This document shows, in pieces, positions 39,073 to 48,306 of a stretch of DNA of 64,000 bases. How positions within the stretch are numbered: the first letter of the stretch is position 1; every line of letters starts with the position of its first letter. The notes beneath the pieces were generated by a model. The model was given only the letters and a program-made list of their open reading frames with translations. It was not told where the DNA came from and did no database searches. The stretch lies in NCBI GenBank assembly GCA_963839475.1, contig CAWIVH010000019.1:202725-266724 (forward strand). Reading direction: 5' to 3'. This stretch comes from an uncultured Acidobacteriota bacterium. Its GTDB lineage: Bacteria > Acidobacteriota > UBA6911. The position numbers were made by a program, and so were the translations under genes.

Positions 39073-39999
39073 TCACGCCTGGCTGTCTATTTCCAATCCG
39101 GCGATGGGAACAGGGTGGGACCGGCCCTTGACCAGCGTTTCACCCAGGTCGTGGAATTGAAATCCGCCGGAGGCCCATTTGGCCATTTCGCGATTCAAGA
39201 TGACGGAATAGCCCATGGTTTTGGAAAGCGGTTCGAGGCGGAAAGCCACGTTGACGCTGTCTCCAACAGCCGTAAAGGACTGATGCTCGGCTGTGCCGAC
39301 ATTGCAAACCGTGGCCACGCCCATGTTCACTCCGATGCCAATGTTAAAGGTGTGTCCGGGAAATTTTTCCGTACAAGTAATCGAGAAGGTCCGTGATCTC
39401 AGGATCAAGGCTCGCGCCGCTGCCAAAGCACGGTTGACCTCCGGCGCGGGATCGGATTTGTCGGCGGCAATCCAGTATGCCATGACCGCGTCGCCGATGA
39501 ATTTGTCGACCGTCCCGCCATTCTCATCGATGAGTGCTGTTGCCTGGCGGAACCATTCATGGATCAAGGGTGAAAATTCCTGGCTCGGCAGCGCCTCACT
39601 CATGGAAGTGTAGTTGCGGACGTCCGCTACCAGGACGATCACCATCTCATTCCGAACTTCCAGTTTGGTGCCTGAACTGGTGGTGATGTACGGATTTGTC
39701 GCTTCGGCCGAGATGAGTTCAAACCGCATTTTCACACCGCCTATCTGGATCTCATCTCCGTTCTGAAGATCCCGCGGAGCCGTCATGCGCCGGCCGTTTA
39801 GCCATGTCCCGTTTGCGCTTCCGATATCGCTGAGACGATACCGCTCGCGGCCCAGGTGCCTTATTTCGGCGTGATTGCGCGATGCTTTTTGATCGTCCAG
39901 GACCAGTTTGTTGGTGGCTGAACGTCCGATCGTGAGGTGATCGCCTATTTCTATACCTTGCGCCTGCTGCTTATCCGAAGTAACAACAAGTCTGGCCAT
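39073..39999 (-). CDS. FHA domain fused to class III adenylate/guanylate cyclase
   Basis: N-terminal FHA (GRSATNKLVLDDQKASRNHAEI .. SANGTWLNG). C-terminal cyclase (MVIVLVADVRNYTSMSE .. FIGDAVMAYW .. GIGVNMGVATV). Confidence 0.85.
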   Translation of the reverse strand: MARLVVTSDKQQAQGIEIGDHLTIGRSATNKLVLDDQKASRNHAEIRHLGRERYRLSDIGSANGTWLNGRRMTAPRDLQNGDEIQIGGVKMRFELISAEATNPYITTSSGTKLEVRNEMVIVLVADVRNYTSMSEALPSQEFSPLIHEWFRQATALIDENGGTVDKFIGDAVMAYWIAADKSDPAPEVNRALAAARALILRSRTFSITCTEKFPGHTFNIGIGVNMGVATVCNVGTAEHQSFTAVGDSVNVAFRLEPLSKTMGYSVILNREMAKWASGGFQFHDLGETLVKGRSHPVPIAGLEIDSQA

Positions 40000-40552
40000 T
40001 TTTCCTGCTATTGATTGGTTGAGTTGTGCCCGATGGTTCAGCGATATCTGTTATCCTTGGCGGTTTTCCATTCCAAATTTCCGCCGCTATTCCCGGATCC
40101 CCAACCGGACCATCAGGGAAATCTGCATGGGTATATCGCATACAAGTCTAAAGCCATCCAGCCATGACGGCCGGATCCTGATTGAGTTACCAGGCCAGGC
40201 ATCCATGAATTATCCGATTCGAATATGCCGGAATCTGTGATGTCTCAAACTCACGCATGAGAGGCGCTACCCCTTATGATACACTATCTTGAAATTTGAT
40301 TTCACTATTAGATAGTAATTTATTCAATGCCGGAGTAGAATGGCCTAGGAAGATTTGCTCGGGTTAAATACCGCCTTTGAAAACAGATCGGCTCTGAATC
40401 CAGGTTATAGGCACCCGCTACGGCAGGGCTTTTTGCCCGAAGTTGTCGTTTGTGACAGCGTTTGTCAAGGAGTTGCTAGGGCCGCGTGGACATCAACCTG
40501 CCTGATGGACCAGCCGGCCGTTTTGAATCAATCCAAACGAAGGGTGGGCTCG

Positions 40553-41821
40553 ATGAAAAGGCTTTTACTGGTTTGGACCCTTTTCCCTTTTCTTCCTCTA
40601 ATTCGGTCAGGCGCAGCCCAGGAACCGCCGCCAGACTCTGATCGAGCGATCATCCGTCAACTCCTTGAGCGGGTACAGCAACTCGAAACAGAAGTGAGAG
40701 AACTGAAGGCGCGGCAGACGTCGCGCGGATTGCAGGAACCCGAAGCCGCACCGAAGCCTGCCGCCGTTCCGCCGCAGGCTTCCATGGCGCCAGCCCCTAT
40801 GCCAGGCGCGTCGCCGGTGATGGACATGCCCGATGCGTCCGCCCCCGGTGCTCCTCGTATGCAATTCCGAGGCTTTTCCGATGTTTCCTATCACGCGAGC
40901 GATTTGAAAGGCGACAAAAGCGCCTTTGCCTTGGGGCAGTTCAATCTGTTCATCACATCGAAAATTTCGGAGCGGATGAGCGTGCTGGCGGAGGCCGTGG
41001 TCGAAGCCGACGACCGCAACGCGTTCGGGTACGAACTCGAACGGCTCCAGCTGCAGTATTCGGCAAGCGATTATCTCAATGCCAGCTTCGGCCGTTACCA
41101 CACCGCCATTGGCTGGTACAACACGGCCTATCATCACAGCACATGGATGCAGACCGCGGTGGGGCGTCCCTTCCTGTTCGAATTTGAAGACAAGGGAGGA
41201 ATTCTGCCGGTTCACAATGTGGGGGTTTCGGTCAACGGCCGGGTTCCATCGGGAAGCCTGGGATTGCGCTATATTGCCGAAATCGGCAATGGGCGCGCCT
41301 CGCGATCCCCGCTGGCTGAACCGGTTCAAAACGTCCATGATGAAAACAATGGCAAGGCCTTCAATCTGGCGCTCCTGGCGCGGCCGGATTCGATGCCGGG
41401 ATTCCAGGCCGGTTTTTCTTATTATCGCGACAATCTGACCCCTTATGGAATGCCGAAAATCGGCCAGACCCTTATGGCGGTGCACGCGATCTATCAGGGC
41501 CCGGTTTGGGAGTGGCTTAATGAAGCGGTACTGGTTCGAAACGACACCCACTCGGAAGTGGGCACGACAAATACTCCGGCATTCTACTCACAGGTTTCAC
41601 GCAAATTTGGCCTTTTCCGGCCCTACTTCCGGTACCAGTACATGAATGTCCCGGATCGCGATCCGATCAACTCCGATGTCAGGCTCCGCTATGGCCCCTC
41701 GATCGGCATGCGATTGGACCTCGGTGATTTTGCCGCGTTCAAGATCCAATACGACCGCACCGACGGACGCAACGGTAGCGGGTTTAACAGCATCATCACA
41801 CAACTTTCGTTCGCGTTTTAA
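40553..41821 (+). CDS. outer-membrane beta-barrel (porin-like) protein with N-terminal coiled coil
   Basis: Start at ATG 40553. Signal peptide MKRLLLVWTLFPFLPLIRSGAAQ. Coiled coil RQLLERVQQLETEVRELKARQ. C-terminal ..ITQLSFAF ends in Phe. The antisense ORF 40607..41551 was rejected. Confidence 0.6.
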   Translation: MKRLLLVWTLFPFLPLIRSGAAQEPPPDSDRAIIRQLLERVQQLETEVRELKARQTSRGLQEPEAAPKPAAVPPQASMAPAPMPGASPVMDMPDASAPGAPRMQFRGFSDVSYHASDLKGDKSAFALGQFNLFITSKISERMSVLAEAVVEADDRNAFGYELERLQLQYSASDYLNASFGRYHTAIGWYNTAYHHSTWMQTAVGRPFLFEFEDKGGILPVHNVGVSVNGRVPSGSLGLRYIAEIGNGRASRSPLAEPVQNVHDENNGKAFNLALLARPDSMPGFQAGFSYYRDNLTPYGMPKIGQTLMAVHAIYQGPVWEWLNEAVLVRNDTHSEVGTTNTPAFYSQVSRKFGLFRPYFRYQYMNVPDRDPINSDVRLRYGPSIGMRLDLGDFAAFKIQYDRTDGRNGSGFNSIITQLSFAF

Positions 41822-41964
41822 TGTCAGCCGCCACCGCCGCAGCATCCGGGCTTCGCAACGCCCCTGCCGGCGCGGCCAGCGGCGCATTCTTGAATAGTGA
41901 TGGTTCGATGTTTTTCCGCGAAGAAGGACTCAGACAGGTTCGAAAGCACCAGGAGTCAAAATCC

Positions 41965-42447
41965 ATGTACCTGATCCGTCGCACGGGAGTCCTCCTGATA
42001 CTCCTCATGCTCTGTGGCCCGATATTCCTTTCCGGTGAAACGAAGGGGGCTGACGTAGCAGTGATCGTCCGGCCGGACGTGCCGGCGGATGATTTGAGCC
42101 TGGTCGAAATCCGCAAGCTGCTGCTTGGCGAGCGCCAGTTTTGGACGCCCGGATTGCGGGTCACGCTATTGATCAGAGCCCCCGCAACCCGGGAACGCGA
42201 GGTTATCCTCAAAACCGTATACCGCATGACGGAAGCCGATTTCCGGCGCTATTGGATGGAGAAGGTGTTTCGTGCCGAAGCCCAAAGCGGGCCCAAAATT
42301 GTCTATTCGACCGAGGCGGCTTCCGAGCTGGTCGGGGCTATTCCCGGAGCCGTCGCTTTCGTTGATGCCTCCCAGGTCCCCAAGGGGCTCAAGGTGTTGA
42401 AAATCGACGGTCATCTGCCGGGCGAAAAGGGCTATCCACTGCATTAA
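41965..42447 (+). CDS. periplasmic substrate-binding-like (PBP/phosphate-phosphonate-binding-like) domain protein
   Basis: Start at ATG 41965 (AGGAG upstream). Signal/TM segment LLILLMLCGPIFLSG. PBP-like core (..AVIVRPDVPADDLSLVEIRKLLLGERQFW .. GAIAFVDASQVPKGLKVLKIDG). Lies directly upstream of the hybrid kinase. Confidence 0.55.
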   Translation: MYLIRRTGVLLILLMLCGPIFLSGETKGADVAVIVRPDVPADDLSLVEIRKLLLGERQFWTPGLRVTLLIRAPATREREVILKTVYRMTEADFRRYWMEKVFRAEAQSGPKIVYSTEAASELVGAIPGAVAFVDASQVPKGLKVLKIDGHLPGEKGYPLH

Positions 42448-42459
42448 ACGGGGGAAGAC

Positions 42460-44811
42460 ATGACCATCCGCAGGCGACTGACCCTTTCCATTTTTGTGGT
42501 TCTGGTGTTGTGCGGACTGAATCTGGTGGTCTTTTTCTGGAGCAGTCAGAGAAGGCAGATAACCGTTGAGGATCTGAGACAAGCCAGTTCACGGCAGTTG
42601 CTGATTTCATCCATCCGCGGTGATTTGAATGATATTCAGAACCTGGTAAATCAGCTGAGCCAGTTGACCGAACCGGGTCAGAGCGGCGACACGCAGGCAT
42701 TCGAAGCACGGCTGAACCACATCCAAGGCAATATTGACAGACTTCTGTCTTTATCCCAGCCGCAGTCGCGGCAGGCCATTGAATCCCTTGCCAAGGTTTT
42801 CTCGGCACTCAGCAACTCCTGGATCAACTTTTATCGGGGCATGAGCGTGCGGCCGTCGGCCGCCATCGCGGAGCTGGTCTTGCACGCGGAACCGCTCAGC
42901 CGGAAGGTCATGCTGGAGATTTTGCCGCAACTCCAGCGCGAGGAGTTGGGTCTCGTCGAATCCGCCAGCAACAATTTTTATAATGTGGCCCACCTCACAA
43001 CGAAGATCACCATCGTGATTTTTGTGTTGTCTGCCCTGGTAGCTGTTCTCGTCGCATTTTTCCTATCGCGACATTTGTCGAGAGGGCTGCGCCAGCTTCA
43101 CGAAGGAGCCGCGCTGATCGGCGGCGGCGACTATTCCAGAACCATCGTCATCAACAGCAAAGATGAGCTCGGCGATCTTGCCCGCGCCTTCAACCGGATG
43201 AGCGAAGGCCTGCGCACGGCCCACGCTCAATTGACCAGCGCCAATCATCAGCTCGAGCAGCGCCACGAGGAACTCCGGCTCGCGCGCGATGCCGCGGACA
43301 ATGCCAACAAGGCCAAAAGCAGTTTCCTGGCGAATATGAGCCACGAATTGCGAACGCCTATGAATGCCATAATCGGCTACAGCGAAATGCTCCTGGAAGA
43401 GGCCCAGGATCTCAATCAGGAGGGATTTCTTTCGGATCTGAGGAAAATCAACGGGGCCGGCCACCATCTCCTCTCACTCATCAATGACATTCTCGACATA
43501 TCGAAAATCGAGGCCGGCAAGATGGATCTTTACCTGGAATCATTCGAAGTCCGGTCCCTGGTCCAGGAAGTGACGGCCACCATCAAGCCTTTGGTTGAGA
43601 AGAACTCGAACAGCCTGAGTGTTCATTGTGCTTCCGATGCAGGAGTCATGAATGCCGATCTGATCAAGGTCCGGCAATCGCTCTTCAACCTCCTAAGCAA
43701 TGCCGGCAAGTTTACCCGGAACGGGACCATTTCTCTGGACGTCAAACGCCTGAAGCTTGCCACGGGCGACATGATTGAATTTCAGGTCCGGGATTCGGGA
43801 ATAGGAATGACGAACGAGCAATTGGAAAGGCTCTTTCAGCCATTCACACAAGCCGACTCCTCCACGACCCGACAGTTCGGCGGCACGGGGCTTGGATTAA
43901 GCATCACTAAAAGGTTTTGCGAAATGATGGGGGGAAGTGTTTCGGTTTCGAGCGAGGTGGGCCATGGGACAACCTTTATCGTCGCGATACCGGCGCAGGC
44001 AGAATTAAGGAAAACCAATTCCGATCATGAGGCTGAAGTCAAGCTTTGGCCCGCCGCCGAGGGCGCGCCGCTTCTGCTCGTGATCGATGATGATCCCAGC
44101 GCGCGCGACTTGATGCAGCGCTTTCTCGGGAAGGAAGGCTATCGAATCGCCTGTGCGGCGGACGGGGAAGAGGGACTGCGCCTTGCACGGGAGCTGCATC
44201 CCGACTTGATTACTCTCGATGTCATGATGCCGCGCGTCGACGGGTGGACCGTGCTCGCGGAGCTCAAGTCGGATCCGGAACTGTCCGTCATACCGGTGGT
44301 GATGCTGACGATCGCCGACGACAAGAAGAACCTATGTTTGACCCTTGGTGCATCGGAATATGTCACCAAACCCATCGATCCGGTTCGCCTGATCCCGATC
44401 CTGGGCAAGTATCGCCGGCACTCGGGCACCACAGTGCTGTTGGTGGAAGATGATCCGTCGATACGCAAGACCTTGCGCCGTGCCCTCGAAAAAGAGGGAT
44501 TCCATGTCGCAGAGGCCGTCCACGGCCGTGCCGCGCTTGAATTCCTGTCTCGCGAAAAAACGGATGTAATACTGCTCGATTTGATGATGCCGGAGATGGA
44601 CGGGTTTGAATTTGTCGAACAATTGAGGCACAGACCGGAGTTTCAGCCGATCCCCATTGTGGTCATAACCGCCAAGGATGTAACCCGGGAAGACCGTCTA
44701 CGTCTGAATGGTTTCGTGCGCCAATTTCTTCAAAAACGCCCCGGCAATCCCGAGGAGCTGCTAGCCGAAGTGCGCCACCTGTTGGCCGGGTGCGCAATGG
44801 ATCGGATTTAG
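42460..44811 (+). CDS. hybrid sensor histidine kinase (TM, sensor, TM, HAMP-like, HisKA, HATPase, REC, REC), no HPt domain
   Basis: TM helix LSIFVVLVLCGLNLVVFFW and a second TM helix IVIFVLSALVAVLVAFFL. H-box [19 protein letters not shown]. ATPase boxes DSGIGMTNEQLERLF and [21 protein letters not shown]. Two receiver domains (LLLVIDDDPS..LDVMMPRVDG and VLLVEDDPS..LDLMMPEMDG). Confidence 0.9.
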   Translation: MTIRRRLTLSIFVVLVLCGLNLVVFFWSSQRRQITVEDLRQASSRQLLISSIRGDLNDIQNLVNQLSQLTEPGQSGDTQAFEARLNHIQGNIDRLLSLSQPQSRQAIESLAKVFSALSNSWINFYRGMSVRPSAAIAELVLHAEPLSRKVMLEILPQLQREELGLVESASNNFYNVAHLTTKITIVIFVLSALVAVLVAFFLSRHLSRGLRQLHEGAALIGGGDYSRTIVINSKDELGDLARAFNRMSEGLRTAHAQLTSANHQLEQRHEELRLARDAADNANKAKSSFLANMSHELRTPMNAIIGYSEMLLEEAQDLNQEGFLSDLRKINGAGHHLLSLINDILDISKIEAGKMDLYLESFEVRSLVQEVTATIKPLVEKNSNSLSVHCASDAGVMNADLIKVRQSLFNLLSNAGKFTRNGTISLDVKRLKLATGDMIEFQVRDSGIGMTNEQLERLFQPFTQADSSTTRQFGGTGLGLSITKRFCEMMGGSVSVSSEVGHGTTFIVAIPAQAELRKTNSDHEAEVKLWPAAEGAPLLLVIDDDPSARDLMQRFLGKEGYRIACAADGEEGLRLARELHPDLITLDVMMPRVDGWTVLAELKSDPELSVIPVVMLTIADDKKNLCLTLGASEYVTKPIDPVRLIPILGKYRRHSGTTVLLVEDDPSIRKTLRRALEKEGFHVAEAVHGRAALEFLSREKTDVILLDLMMPEMDGFEFVEQLRHRPEFQPIPIVVITAKDVTREDRLRLNGFVRQFLQKRPGNPEELLAEVRHLLAGCAMDRI

Positions 44812-44827
44812 GAGGAGGAGGGAGTAC

Positions 44828-45205
44828 ATGGCGAAAATACTGCTGGTCGAGGACAATGAGATGAATCGCGACATGCTGTCGCGCCGGCTGATGAAAAAGG
44901 GATACAGTGTCGTTATTGCCGTCGACGGACAGTCCGGCCTGGATCTGGGCTACTCGGAAACCCCTGATATAATCCTGATGGACATGAGCCTGCCCATCCT
45001 CGACGGGTGGGAGGCTACCCGCCGGCTGAAATCATCCCCCGAAACCCGATCGATTCCAATCATCGCACTGACGGCCCATGCCATGTCGTCAGATCGAACG
45101 AAAGCGATCGAAGCGGGCTGTGACGACTATGACACCAAGCCGGTCGATCTCCCGCGCCTGCTGGGAAAGATTGAGACCCTGCTCCATAAGGCATCTAGTT
45201 CATGA
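44828..45205 (+). CDS. single-domain response regulator (CheY-like)
   Basis: [14 protein letters not shown] .. ILMDMSLPILDG .. conserved K. Its stop overlaps the next gene's ATG (ATGA at 45202-45205). Confidence 0.85.
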   Translation: MAKILLVEDNEMNRDMLSRRLMKKGYSVVIAVDGQSGLDLGYSETPDIILMDMSLPILDGWEATRRLKSSPETRSIPIIALTAHAMSSDRTKAIEAGCDDYDTKPVDLPRLLGKIETLLHKASSS

Positions 45206-47118
45206 ATAAAGAGCCTGAAAAAAGCAATCCGGGGGCCGAGGGAGCGCGCGTCCGGCGCGCCCTGCTGGCCCATATGCGCCATGAACTCCGCACGCCGCTC
45301 AATGCGATACTCGGCTACAGCGAAATGTTGCTCGAAGATGCGGGCGGCGATGGCTGGGGCACAGTCAGGTCGGATCTCGAGAAGGTTCATGAAGCCGGAA
45401 CGCAACTTATTGCCATCGTTAACACCATCCTTGACCCGGCGAAAATCGAAGCCGGCATGATCAATCTCGAGGCTGCGGGCGATTTGATCCGGCACCAGTT
45501 GCGCACGCCGCTCGATGCCGTTATCGGCTATAGCGAGATGCTCATCGATGAGGCCGAATCGGCGGGACTGAGAGAATGCGCGGCCGACCTACAGCACATC
45601 CGGGCTGCCGGATTGAAACTGCTGGCCCTGATCGATGACATTATCCACTTTGCCGGAATCGAGACCTGGGCGGATGGATCAACGCCTCAGGTGGCAGCGG
45701 CATCCACCATGATCCAGAGCATTTTCACCCCCCCGCATTCCTCGCGACTCGAACAATCGACCGTTACCGAAATGGAACGGGGCTCACTCCTGGTGGTCGA
45801 TGATAACGAAATCAATCGCGACATTCTCTCGCGCTATCTGGAGCGCCGGGGGCATAGGGTCTCGACGGCAGCCAGCGGTCACGAAGCCTTGGATATCCTG
45901 TCCGGCCGAACTTACGATCTGATCCTGCTCGACATCATGATGCCTGGGCTGAACGGATTCGAAGTCCTCCAACAAATGAAATCCAGCCGGGAATTGAGCG
46001 GAATACCGGTAATCTTCATCAGCGCCCTGGATGACGCGCTCGGAAAAGTCCAGGCCTTCAGGACTGGAGGGGTGGATTATGTGACCAAGCCCTTCCAGGC
46101 CGATGAAGTCATCGCACGAGTGGAAAACCAGCTGAAGATCTCGCGACTGCAGAAGGATCTGGCCCGGCAAAACGAGGAGCTGATTCGGAAAAATAACGAA
46201 CTGGTTCAAGCGCATAGGCGGACTGCGCTGGTCTTTTCGGCTTTGGCCGAATCGTTGCCGGGGTCCACCCTGGATGAAAAATACCTTTTGGGGGAAATGA
46301 TCGGCACCGGAGGATTTGGCGCCGTTTACCGTGGCACCCACCTGGGATTGGACCTGCCCGTAGCTGTCAAGGTTTTCCGACCTGTCGCCGGTAACGATAC
46401 TCCGGATGCATTGGAGCGGTTTCGCCGTGAGGGAATCTCGGCCAGCCGGGTCAAACACCCCAATGCCGTCGAAATCCTGGACAACGGAATTTCTTCCAAC
46501 GGAATCGCCTACCTGGTCATGGAACTTTTACATGGGAGGACTCTGGGACAAGAAATGCTTGAGAAGCAGGTCCTTTCTCCCCGACGCACCGTCCGGATTA
46601 TCATCCCCGCGTGCCTTGCGCTGGCCGCCATTCACGAGGCTGACATCGTTCACCGGGATATCAAGCCTGAGAACATTTACCTTCACTCCACCCCTAAGGG
46701 AGAGGTGGTCAAGCTGCTCGATTTCGGCATTTCGAAGATGCTTGGAACAGAATCCGACCAGACCTTCGATAACACCACCAGGACCGGAAATGTGCTGGGC
46801 ACCCCGGCCTACATGGCGCCGGAACGATTTGAAAACAAGCCTTACGACGGCCGGGCGGATGTGTACAGCCTTGGCACCATATGTTACCGCATGCTTAGCG
46901 GCTTCCCACCCTTCCGCTCGGAGCGCGAGGATTTTTATGCGTTGGCCATCATGCATCTCCAGGCGCAGCCGCCCTCCTTGCGACAATACTTTCCTGAGAT
47001 TCCGGCGCGACTCGACAACCTGATACTCAGAACACTGGCCAAATCGCCCGTAGAGCGGCCGACGGCAGCGGAGCTGGCTGCACAATTGAGCGAACTCGAG
47101 CCTTTGCTGGAAGCCTGA
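45202..47118 (+). CDS. fusion protein: two HisKA-type phosphotransfer domains (no ATPase), receiver domain, Ser/Thr protein kinase
   Basis: H-boxes HMRHELRTPLNAILGYSEML and IRHQLRTPLDAVIGYSEML with no HATPase after them. REC (LLVVDDNEINRDIL .. LLDIMMPGLNG .. K). Coiled coil. Hanks kinase (IGTGGFGAVYRG, AVKV, HRDIKPENIYL, DFGISK, TPAYMAPE). Confidence 0.85.
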   Translation: MNKEPEKSNPGAEGARVRRALLAHMRHELRTPLNAILGYSEMLLEDAGGDGWGTVRSDLEKVHEAGTQLIAIVNTILDPAKIEAGMINLEAAGDLIRHQLRTPLDAVIGYSEMLIDEAESAGLRECAADLQHIRAAGLKLLALIDDIIHFAGIETWADGSTPQVAAASTMIQSIFTPPHSSRLEQSTVTEMERGSLLVVDDNEINRDILSRYLERRGHRVSTAASGHEALDILSGRTYDLILLDIMMPGLNGFEVLQQMKSSRELSGIPVIFISALDDALGKVQAFRTGGVDYVTKPFQADEVIARVENQLKISRLQKDLARQNEELIRKNNELVQAHRRTALVFSALAESLPGSTLDEKYLLGEMIGTGGFGAVYRGTHLGLDLPVAVKVFRPVAGNDTPDALERFRREGISASRVKHPNAVEILDNGISSNGIAYLVMELLHGRTLGQEMLEKQVLSPRRTVRIIIPACLALAAIHEADIVHRDIKPENIYLHSTPKGEVVKLLDFGISKMLGTESDQTFDNTTRTGNVLGTPAYMAPERFENKPYDGRADVYSLGTICYRMLSGFPPFRSEREDFYALAIMHLQAQPPSLRQYFPEIPARLDNLILRTLAKSPVERPTAAELAAQLSELEPLLEA

Positions 47119-47482
47119 TTCAGATCCGGCTTTCTGGACCCCGAAGCCGAAAGTGAGTGAGAATTCGGCTCAAGAATCCATCTCATCCGCACAGGTCAAG
47201 CGGAGTGAGCATTTCTGTATGAGCATTTCATCATCATCTATATCAATAGTTTACGTATATTATAAATTTGACATTATATTTCATAATAGCTTGACAGGGT
47301 TATCGATTGAGCGCATTCTGACTATTGCCGTGGATGTCTGGATTCCAATGCCCCGAACTGACAGCGTCGGCAAGAACGCACCGCCAGGGGCATCATGATC
47401 CTGTTATCTGCGAAACGGGGAACCTTCTGGTTGGCAGAAGTGATTAGCCCCCTGTCAGTCCATTAGAGAGAAAGCAGGGAAT

Positions 47483-47926
47483 ATGAGAATCAGGATTGTC
47501 TCGAGTGTTTTGGCGGCATGCCTTCTAGTCGTTTTGTCGGTCGGATTCGCAGGTTCAGCCACCACCGCCAGTTTTCGTGTAACGGTTCCTTTTGCATTCA
47601 GGGCTGGCAACGCCTCATTCCATGAGGGCAGCTACACGATTTCCGAATCCCCGATGCAGGGCTGTCTGCTCATTCGCAACAACCAGGACGGGCGGTCGAG
47701 TTTCGTCGTCACCTACCCGGGGAAATCCACGCATAATGCTGGGAACGCAGGGCTTGTTTTCCATCGTTACGCCGATCAATATTTCCTTTCGCAAGTGACG
47801 AATGGGATCGATCAGGATTCGCGCCGGCTTCCGGTATCTCAGCTCGAGAAGGATTTTGTGGGTACCGCTCGTGCCGCCGCGCAAAACGCCGCGCAGCCCG
47901 ATGTATTCATTATGGCCTCCAGATAG
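47483..47926 (+). CDS. secreted hypothetical protein
   Basis: Signal peptide MRIRIVSSVLAACLLVVLSVGFAGSA. Small (147 aa). Preceded by an AT-rich region. Confidence 0.5.
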   Translation: MRIRIVSSVLAACLLVVLSVGFAGSATTASFRVTVPFAFRAGNASFHEGSYTISESPMQGCLLIRNNQDGRSSFVVTYPGKSTHNAGNAGLVFHRYADQYFLSQVTNGIDQDSRRLPVSQLEKDFVGTARAAAQNAAQPDVFIMASR

Positions 47927-48306
47927 ATGGTTCGTTGACCGCGATCAGGTCAGTGCAGGTGGCTGCCGCAATTTGAGACGAACAAGCAAGAAATGCTTGT
48001 CCAGATCAGCTCCTGTGCCACAAATCTGCATCATTCAGGTCCGGGATTCTGTCCCGGACCTGATCTTTGCATCAAAGGTGTCAGGCTGGAATTACCCCAC
48101 TTCCCACTCCCGCTCCTTCCTTAGTTTACCGCTATTTATTTCATGCAGTTCTGGCCAAAGAGGCTTTATTGCAGCATAATCTCTGCGCCTGTGACTTGTT
48201 TTTTGCACGAAACCATTCATCATTACAGCTTCACAACCCGACCGAAGTGCCGGCAAGGGTAGGGGACCCTCCGGCGCCCGGAAGTTTTTCCCGAAAAAGG
48301 AGAGAA

